DNA from: an uncultured Phycisphaerales bacterium
GTDB lineage: Bacteria > Planctomycetota > Phycisphaerae > Phycisphaerales > UBA1924
Assembly: GCA_937995595.1 (NCBI GenBank)
Contig: CALKJW010000014.1
Location: 4,876 to 68,875, forward strand
Direction: 5' to 3'
Length of the DNA: 64,000 nucleotides
How positions within the stretch are numbered: the first letter of the stretch is position 1; each line of letters begins with the position of its first letter. The position numbers and the translations under genes were made by a program. Below, piece after piece: positions 41,168 through 50,800 of the stretch. The notes beneath the pieces are model-generated. The model was not told the origin of the DNA. It did not search any database and was given only the letters and a program-made list of their open reading frames with translations.

Positions 41168-41342
41168 GTTCCGGTTCTCCTGCGTGAAGGCGTGTCCCCC
41201 GTGTGCGAAGAAGTATCCCCCGCGCGGCGAGATCGCACCCCTCCGGATTGTTAAGATCGCGCCAATCCTCGGTGCGCAACCAGCACACAAATGCATGCCA
41301 GCACTGGTTTTATGGGATCGGCGGCACCAAACGAACCGGACC

Positions 41343-41876
41343 CTACCGGATCTGGCCGATGGTCACACGGATCGGCCCGCGCGAACGGATCGGTTCGCCC
41401 TCGGCGGGCTCAAACCGGCAGTGCAACTGCACGTCCTGCGTGGGGAGACGGTCGGTGCCGTGCTCGAGGATCGAGAACCGGAAGCGGTACCCCGGGCCGG
41501 GCAGCAGCCGCTCGACCGCGCGGGCCGAGGCGTCGCGGTCGAACGTCCAGACGCCCATGCGCTCGCCTGAGAGATTCTCGATCTCGAACCGGAACGCGCC
41601 CGGCACGGTCACCGGGACATCGCGCGGCGGCGCGAAGAGGAACGCGGTGACGACGATCTCGTCGGCAAAGCCGTTCTTGTCGCTGTCGTTGGCGTAGCGG
41701 GCCGCGGCGACCTCCAGCACCGTCGGCACCACCCCGGCGGGTTGCGCCGGGACCGGCCGCGGGGGCGGTTTGCCCTGCGGGCCGTCGGCCACGCAGCCGG
41801 CGACGAACACCGCGGCGCCGAGCAACGCCGCGCGGGAGAGGCTCGCAAGGCGGTGCGAGGGGGCGAACGGTCGCAT
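41343..41876 (-). CDS. lipoprotein of unknown function, translationally coupled to the secretin gene
   Basis: MRPFAPSHRLASLSRAALLGAAVFVAGC (lipobox VAGC), Pro-rich linker, then a beta-rich domain. Its ATG (41876..41874) shares one nucleotide with the secretin TGA (TGATG). Only the last 534 nt of ORF 41343..42689 are taken as coding. Confidence 0.7.
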   Translation of the reverse strand: MRPFAPSHRLASLSRAALLGAAVFVAGCVADGPQGKPPPRPVPAQPAGVVPTVLEVAAARYANDSDKNGFADEIVVTAFLFAPPRDVPVTVPGAFRFEIENLSGERMGVWTFDRDASARAVERLLPGPGYRFRFSILEHGTDRLPTQDVQLHCRFEPAEGEPIRSRGPIRVTIGQIR

Positions 41877-44800
41877 CAGGGCTCCGATCTCGGGCCGCGC
41901 CCGGTGCCGGTGGGCGGCATGGGCTCGGGCTCGGGCTGTTCGTCCAGGGGCCGCATGTAGTTGAGGATCCGCGCTGGCTGGCGCAGGCGGCCGACCTCGC
42001 GTTCGCTCAGGACGCGCATGCTCGACACTTCGTCCTCGCCGCCGCCGCGGATCACGCGCGGCGTGAGCAGCACGAGCAGTTCGGTGCGGGCCTGTGTGCG
42101 CTTGGTGGATCGGAACGCCTCGCCGACGAAGGGGATGTCGCCCAGCAGGGGGACCTTGGTGCGGCGTTCCTCCTCGGTGGTCTGGAGCAGGCCGCCGATG
42201 ACGACGGTCTCGCCGTCGCGGACGCGGACGTTGGTCTCGATCTCTCGCTTGGTGATGATCGGGGCCTGGAAGTCCTCGGTGACCTGCGTGGTGCGGGCCG
42301 AGAGGCTGGAGATGACGGGCACGATGTCCATGCGGACGAACCCGTCGGAACTGATCGTGGGCGTGACGTTGAGGATGATGCCCACGTCCTCGCGTTTCAC
42401 GTTGGCGAGCGTGTTGCCGTTGTCGCGGCGCTCGACGGACTCGACGATGCCGACGTTCTCGCCGACCTGGATGCGAGCCGCCTCGTTGTTGTTGACGAGG
42501 ATCTGCGGGCGGCTGAGGACTTCGAGCCGGCCCTGGGCCTCCAGCGCGCGGATGAGCAGCTCGAAGTCCGAACTCGACACCGAGAGGTTCGGCACGCCCA
42601 GCGCGGTGACGACGCTCGCGCCCGCGGCGAGCGTCCGCACGCCGTACATCTCGCCCCCGAAGGGACCCACGGAGATGTCCATGCCCCACGACTGCTCGGC
42701 GTCGATCGTCACCTCGGCCAGCAGGACCTGGATCATCACCTGCGGGGGCGTGGAATCGAGTTCGCGCACGAGGCGCTCGACGGTCTCGCGGTAGTGCGGC
42801 GACACGCCGACCACCAGCCGGTTGCTCGGGGTGTCGCCCTGCACCGTCACCTCGCGCTCCAGCATGCGGGCCAGCGAGCCGGCGCGGTCGGCCCCCAGCA
42901 CGCTGCGGATGGTGCTGGCCTGCTCGGTGAAGTACTGCCGGAGCGTCGCGGCGACCTCGGCCGCCTTGGCGTTGCGGAGCTCGAAGACCAGTTGGTCGCG
43001 CTCGTTGGCCTCGATGCTGTCCAGTTCGCTGACGACCTCCTCGACTCGGCGCAGGTACTCGGGCGTGCCGGAGACCAGCAGCGAGTTGGTCCGCGCGTCG
43101 ATGGTGATGGCCAGTTGCTGGCGCTCGTCGAGCGACGGGTACAGTGCGTCCTCGCCCAGCGCGGGCGGGACGCCCGCGGCGTCGTCGGCGCGACCGGGCA
43201 CGAGCACGAGGGTCGCGCCGTTCTGGCGCAGGTTGAACAGTTCGCGCAGGACCTCGGCCATCGCACGGGCGTCGGCGTTGGTCAGTCGGAAGACCTTGAT
43301 CTCGCGCGCACCGGCGACGGTCGAGTCGAGATCGCCCACCAGCGCCTCGATCAGCACCATCAGGCGCGCCGGGGCGACGGCGACGATCGAGTTGGTGCGC
43401 AGTTCGGCCGTGAGCGTCACCTGCTCCTGGATCGCGCCGCTGATCTCGGCCTCGGTGGGCTCGCGGTGGGCGCCCGCGGCGAGTTCGGCGGCCGTCTGCC
43501 CGCGCACGAAGCGGAGCAGTTGGGCCTTCCGCGCGCCGACGACGCCCGGCCCGGCGATCGGCCGCCCGGCCAGCACGTTCTGCAGCAGGCGCACGACCTC
43601 GGCGGCGTCGGCCTTGGTCAGTTCGATGCGCTTGATCTCGGCCACCGCGGCGACGCCGGTGCCGTCGAGCCGCTCGACGAGCGTGCGCACCGCCTGGATG
43701 TCAGCCGGCGTGCCGCGGACGATCAGCGCGTTGAGGCGGAGGTCGAGCGAGACGCGCACCGCGTCGGGGCCGCGGTCGCGGACCTGCCGGTCGACGTACA
43801 GCGTCTGCACGGCCTGCAGGACCTCCTCGACCCGCGCGGATCGGACGGGCACCACGTCGACCGATTCGAGCCCGGCCACGGCCTCGCCGCCGCGCGTGAG
43901 TTCCTCGACCAGCCCGCGGATGATCTCGACGTTCTCGCTGCTGGCGGCGACGATGAGCGAACGGCTGGCGGTGTCGGGCTGGATGGAGAGGGTGTCGCTG
44001 GGCCCGGCGATGCCGCCGGCGCGGCGCGCGGCCTCCATGCGGTCGCGCATCAGCCGTTCGATGCGCGGGGCCAGTTGGGTCACGTCGCCGCTGGGCACGG
44101 GGATGACCGTCAGGCCGACGGTCGGCCCGCCGGCGTCGGCGTCGAGCTGCGCGATCAACCGTTCGACGATCGCGAACGAGCGGGCGCTGGTCGAGATGAC
44201 CAGCGCGTTGGTGCGCACGTCGGAGGAGATCACCAGATCGTCCTGCGGGAGCAGCGCGCCGCTCTGCACCTGCCCGCGGAAGACGTCGCGCAGGATCGCC
44301 GCGACGCGGTCCACCGCGGCGACCTTGAGCGCGAAGATGCGCACGGTGTTCTCCGCCGCGGCGGCGGGGACGTCGAGGAGTTTGACGATCTCGGCGACGG
44401 CCTGGGCGTTGGCGCGGCTGCCGACGACAATGACCGCGCGGAGGGTCGGCTCGGGAAGGATCACCAGCGTTGAGATCGGCGCGAAGCGGTCGGCCTGGAT
44501 CATGCCCTGCACGTCGGCGGGGTCGCCGCCCTCGGCGAGGATGCGGTAGCGCGCGACCTGTCGCTGCAGCGCCTCGGCCTCGGGCGAGGGCGGCACGTTC
44601 TCGAGCAGCACCTGGCGCACCGTCGAGGCGAGCCGGACGGGGTCGGCGTGCTCGACCCGGATGACGCGGGGCTCGATCCAACTGGTGGTGCGCTCGCTGT
44701 CGAGTTGCTTGACCAGCACCTCGACCAGCGCGACGGCCTCCTCGCGTCCCGCGACGATCATGGCGTTGGTGCGCTCGTCGACGCTGACGGCGACCTGCCC

Positions 44801-47800
44801 GGTCAGGGCCTTGCCCGTCTCGCTGGTGGGCTGCGAGCGGATGGTCGTGCCGGGGTTGGTGCGCAGGCGGTCGCCCTGGTCGAAGATGCCGCGGATCACC
44901 CCCGCCAGTCGCGTGGCCGAGGCGTTCTGGAGCGGGAAGATGCGGACCAGCACGGCCTCGCCGACGGGCAGGGCGTCGAGCATCTCGACAACCTGCGAGA
45001 GCGCGAGCACGTTGCCCTCGGTCGAGGCGATGACGACGGCGTTGGTCTGCGGCTCGGCCGAGACGCTGATCGGGCGCGACAGGTCGACCTGCAGGTTGGC
45101 CTTGTCGGCCTCGCTGCGGTGGATGGTGAGCCGGCGGACCTGCTCGGCCAGCGCGGCGGCGAGCTCGACCTGCGAGTCCTGCGTGCGCGGCCTGAGCATG
45201 GCCTCGACCGCCGCGGCGACGTTGGCCGCGGGCGCGGTCTTGAGGCGGATGAAGGCGACGTGCTGGTCGGCGAAGGCGGGCTGGCGGTCGAGCGAGCGGA
45301 CCAGCGACTGCACCGCCGCGCCGTCCTGCGGGCCGGCGATGACGGCGATGGCGCGCCGGCTGGTGAGCGGGACGATGGTGACCGGCTCGGCGACGATGCC
45401 GGGGCGGTCGGCCGGCTGCGGCCGCGTCAGGCCCATCTGCTCGAGCGTAGCGCGCATCTGCTCGGGCGTGTGGTGCTCCAGGTCGATCAGGAGCATGCCC
45501 TGGTTCAGGCCGGGGACGGTCCCGTCGGCGGGCGCGCCGCCGCGCGGCGCGGCCAGCGCGTCGAGTTCGACGACCAGCGCGCGGATCTGCTCGTAGAGGC
45601 GCTCGCTGCTGGCGACGACGAGGTTGTTGCCCGTGCGGTCGATCTCGACGGTGAGCGACTCGTTGGCCTGCTGCGCGACGGGCTGGAAGGTCGTGCGGAC
45701 GGTCTGCAGGACGCGCGCGACGGGGAAGTTGGTCACGCGGATGACCCGCACGCTGACCTGCGAGCGGTCGCCCTCCTGCTGGAGCGAGTCGGCCATGACC
45801 TTGATCTGCGCGAACTGCGCGTCGTCGGCGCGGACGACGATGACGTTGCTCCGGTCGTCGCCGACGATGAGGACCGATCGCGCCGTGATCGTGTTTGCGC
45901 GGCCGCGACCGGCCTCGGCGGTGTCGACGAACAACTGCCGCAGCGTCGCGGCGACCTGTGTCGCGGGCCCCCGCTTGAGCGCGATGATCCGCGGCTCGGG
46001 GAGTTGCGAGTAGGCGGGCACGTCGAGTTGCTGCGCGACGGCGCGGATGCGTTCGGTCTGGTCGCGCGGGCCGGCGATGACCAGCGAGTTGGTCAGCGGC
46101 TCGGCGGTGACGCTCACGACCTCCTTGCTCGACAGCACGACGGTGGGGAACTCGGGGAACTGGTCGTCGGCGCGGCGCGGCTGCTGGGGCTGGCGGCGGG
46201 CGCGCTCGCGCTCGATCTCGGCGCGGAGCGGCGCGCTGAACGCCTCGGACAGCGCGCGGGAGAGGCTCTCGGCGTCGGCGTGCTTGAGCGCGACGATCTC
46301 CAGCCGGCGCGAGGTGTCGTACTCCTCGGAGTCGAGTTTCTCGAGCAGCGCGCGGATGCCGGGCCACTCGGCCTCGCCCGCGGCGATCACGAGGCTCTTG
46401 CTGGCGGGGTTGGCCAGGATGCTCACCGCGCGGGCGCCGGGCGTCTGCGCCTCGCGCGCGAACTGGCCGTAGAAGACCTCCAGCGCGCGGGCCGTCGCCT
46501 CGGGGTCGGCGAACCGGAGCGGGATGAACTCGGTGGCGCGCTTGCCGGCGCGGGCGACGTCGAGTTCCTTCACGACCGCGAGGATCTCCTCCATCTGGTC
46601 GGGCGTGGCCGAGACCAGCAGCGTGGTGCCGGGCGAGAGCGTGCTGATCGCCGGGGCGGGTTCGTTGGGCCCCAGTTGGCGTCGCGACAGCAGCGAGCGC
46701 AGCGTCGAGGCGATGTCGTACCCGTCCTGGTGCGCAAGGTCGATCCGGCGGAACTCGGTCTGCGGCCTGGGCGGCGTCGCGTCGAGTTCGGCGATCTGCG
46801 ACATCACCAGCCGCACCGCCTCGTCGGAGCCGGTCAGCAGCAGCGTGTTGGTCCGGCGGACGGGCGTGACCTTGACCTTCACGCTCCGCGGCAGCGCGGC
46901 GGTGAGCGACTGGGCCACGTCCTCGGCGCGTGACTGGCCGAGTTGCACCGTCACGATGCGCGACATCTCGGCCTCGGGCGGCGCGTCGAGGCTGTTGACC
47001 AGCGCGTCGACCTTCTCGAACAACTCGCGCGGCGCGGAGACGATCACCGAGTTGGTCCCCGGCTGGGGCGTGACGATCACCAGCCCCTCGCGCGAGGCGA
47101 GCGTGCGCGGGAACTGCTCGCGCAGGATGCTGGCCAGTTCGCCCGCCTCGGCGTTGCGCAGGCGGTAGAGTTCGCGGACGCGCCCCTCGGTCTCCTCGGG
47201 CTGGTCCATCTGCGTGACGAACGCTCGGACCTGCGCCATGTCCTCGCGCGAGGCGGCGACGATCAGCACGTTGCCCTCGGTCGAGCCGATCACGCTGACG
47301 ACGCTGCGTTCCAGCCCCGCGCCGCGGTCGCGCCCCTCGAAGAAGCGCGACAGATTGGCCGCGATGCGCTCGGCGCCGGCGTAGGTCAGGCGGATGGTCT
47401 CGACCTCGCGGTCGGCGATGCCCGAGGCCGAGTCGAGGTCCCTGGCGTAGCGCTCGGCCTGCGCGACGCGGTCCTCGCGGCCGATCATGAGCAGCACGCC
47501 GGCGCGCCGGTCGACCTCGACGCGCACGCCGTCGGGGTCGTTGCCGCGCCACCACGGCCAGCCGGGCGTGCTCATGGCCGACTGGATGGCCGGGCCGACC
47601 GACTGCGGGCTGGCGTTGACGAGTTTGACGGCGCGGACGACGAGCCGCGCGCCCTCGGGCTGGGGCGTGTCCAGCGCCTGGATGATCTTCTCGATGGTGT
47701 CGAACGCCTCGCCCTGGCCGAAGAGCACGACGCTGTTGGCGCGGTCGTTGAACTGCGCGCTGAGCGTGTCCTCCTGCGCGGCGCGGCGGTTGCCGGACCA

Positions 47801-50800
47801 CCAGTTGGACGGGTACTTCACCTCCTCCACCACGCCCTCGACGGTCTGGCGGATCTCGGCGACCCGCGCGTGCCGCAGCGCGATGACGCGGAACTGCATG
47901 TCCTGGCGCGCCGACGGCGCGTCGAAGGTCGCGACCAGCGACTGCACCTGCGCGAAGTCCTCCTCGCTCGCGGCGACGACCAGCGAGCCGCTGCGGCGGT
48001 CGCCGATCACCGCCACCTGGCGCTGGCGCGCCGGCTGGTTGGGCCGGCTCGACGCCCTCGCGCGGTCGTCGTAGAACCGCTGCAGCGCGGCCGCGACGGC
48101 CTCGGCGTCGGCCCGCTCGAGTTTCAGGCTGCGCACGGGCAGGCCGGCGACGTCGGACGAATCGATCTGCGCGACGATGCGCCGGGCCTCGTCGATCATC
48201 TCGCGCGGGGCGCGGACGACCAGCACGCTGGTCTCGTCGGCCGCGGTGAGCCTGAGCCGCTCGCGCCGCGCGGGGTCGTTGCCGACGATCGCCGCTTCGA
48301 CGATGCGCTGCGCGGTGCTGGGGCGCGTCGAGCGCAGCGCGATGATGTCGGTCTCCGAACCGTCGGCCTCGGCGGGCAGGTCGATCTGCGCCAGCAGGCG
48401 CTCGGACTCGCGGTGGTGGCTCTCGGTGCCGGTCACGAGCACGGCGTTGGTGCGGGCGTCGACGATCAGCGAGGGGCGCGGCGACTCGGGCGCGGCCTGT
48501 CGCGCGGCCTCGAACGCCTGCTGCAGCATCGGCACGGCCTGCTCGGCCCGCGCGTTGCTCAGTGCGAACCGGCGCAGCGCGAACTGGTCCTGCATCGGCG
48601 CCTGGTCGAGCAGCGAGATGAAGCGGTCCAGCAGCGGGATCGCGTCGGCGGGCGCGGCGATGATGAGCGAGCGGCCCGCGGGGTCGGCGGTGGCCCGCAC
48701 CGTGGCCGGGTCGATGCGCAGCGCGCGGCCGTCGGGCCCCGCGCCGCCGTCGAAGGCCAGTTGCAGCACGCGCTGGGCCTGCCGCCCGCGCGGCACGGGG
48801 CTGAACAGGTCGAACACCGCGCGCACCACGCGCGGCGCGCTCGTGTTCGTCAGCGGGTACACCTTGATCGTGAGCGTCGAGCCGGGCAGCGGCTTGCTGA
48901 CCGCGCCGATCAGTTCGCCCAGCACGGCGAAGTCCGTGTCGTTGGCCGAGACGATGACCGCGCCGCCCTGCGGGTCGGCCTGCACCGAGACGCGCGCCGT
49001 GAACCCGCCGGGGTTCTGCGCCGTGGCCTGGCCGATCTGCGCGGCCGTCTGGTTCACGATGCTCGCGATCACGTTGGCGTCGACGCCCTCGGGCAGCGTC
49101 ACGATTCGCAGACGCAGCGGCTCGGCGGGCATCTGACGCTGGAGTTCGGCCGCGAGCGCGGCGGCGCGGTCCACCGCGCGGCTGCTGCCGGAGATGATCA
49201 GCGAGTTGGTCGCGGGGTCGACCGCGATGGTCACGCCGTCTTCGGGCTGCGCGGCCTGTTCGTCCAGCGCGCCGATGACCGCCGCCGCGAGCCACGCCGC
49301 CACGGCGTGCGCCCCCGACGCGGCGGGAGCGTCGGGGCCGGGGCGCAGCGGCGCGGCGTTGCTGCCCTGCTTCTTGTCGTCTCGCGCCGGGGCGAGCAGT
49401 TCCTCGACGCTGATCACCTCGACCTTGGTCGCGGCGCGCTGTTCGAGCAGCCGGCGCAGCGCCTCGGCCAGCATCTGCGCATCGGCCTTGGAGCGGTCGA
49501 CGTTGATGAGGCGCATGTCGCGGCTGGCCGCGCTGGTGGCCTTGTCCAGACCTTTCACGAGGTCCTCGATCGAGGCGATCTGCCGCTCGGTGCCGCGGAC
49601 GACCAGCGAGTTGCTGGCGCGGTCGACGCGCACGACGGGGGCCGGCTCGGCCGCGATGCCCGCGCCGTCGTCCTGGAAGACCGCCTGCACGCTCTGCGCG
49701 GCGTCGTCGGCCGCGGCGTTCTGCAGCGTGAGCACGCGGACGACGCGCGCGGCGCCCTGCGGCGTCTGGGCCATGTCGATGTCGAGGTCGGCGATCACCT
49801 GTTTGGCGACCTCGACCGACTCGCGCGGTCCGCTGACGACGACGACGTTGAGCCGACGGTCCGCCGCGACCTTCACCGGCACGAGCGTGCGGGCCTGCTC
49901 GGCCGCGGCGACGGGGACGCGCGTGCCGGGGCGGAACTGCTGGAACTGGGGCGCCGGGTCGCGGTGCAGGAGCTGCTGCACGATCGGGGCGATGGCCTCG
50001 GCGCGGGCGTGCTTCATCTGCACGGTGGCGACGGAGACGGCGCCGGGCTTGTTGCCCTCCAGGTCGAGCGAGCGGGCGATGTCCTCGACCATCTGGACGT
50101 CGGCCGCGCTGCCGCTGATGACCAGCGCGTTGGAGCCCTCGGCCGACGAGACGCTGACGCGACCGCCCGCGGGCCCGAAGCCGCCGAGCGGCGCGAGCGA
50201 CTGGTTGATCGCCTGCGCGGTGGGGCCGGACTCGACGAACTTGAGTTCGAGCACCCTGACGACGGGCTTGGCGGCCAGGCGCGACAGTTCGTCCACGATC
50301 CGCGCGTAGCGCGCGACGGCCTCGGCGTCGCCGCTGACGAGCAGCGCGCCGCGCTCCCTGTCCTCCTGCACGTCGACGCGCGCCGCGCCCGGGACCATCG
50401 CCACCTGCTCGCGCTCGATCTCCGCGGCGCGGGTGCGCACCGCGGCGAGAGAATCGGACGGCACGAGCAGCACGCGGAAGACCGCGTCGCGCGCCGTCGC
50501 GCCGTCGATCGACGCCGCGAGCGACTCGATCGCGGCAAGGTCCTCGGGCCGCGCGCGGACGATGAGCGAGCGCGTCTCGTCGACGGCGTCGAACCGCGGC
50601 TCGACGTACGCCGAGCCGTCGCCCGGCTCCAGCAGCGTGCGGGCCAGCTGCGCCATGCGTCCGACGATCTGGCTCGGGCGCGCGTGCCTGAGCGTCAGCG
50701 TGCGCGTCTCGCGCTCGACCACGATGCCCGACTCGACCGAACGCAGCAGGTCGGTGAACGCGGCGATCGCGACCGAACTGCCGACGAGCGTGACGGTGCG

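Noticed and set aside
41168-41342. Classical Pho box (two or more 7-nt direct repeats with 11-bp phasing) upstream of pstS
   Set aside because: None was found by eye. Only the differently phased repeat and palindrome reported under findings were seen.
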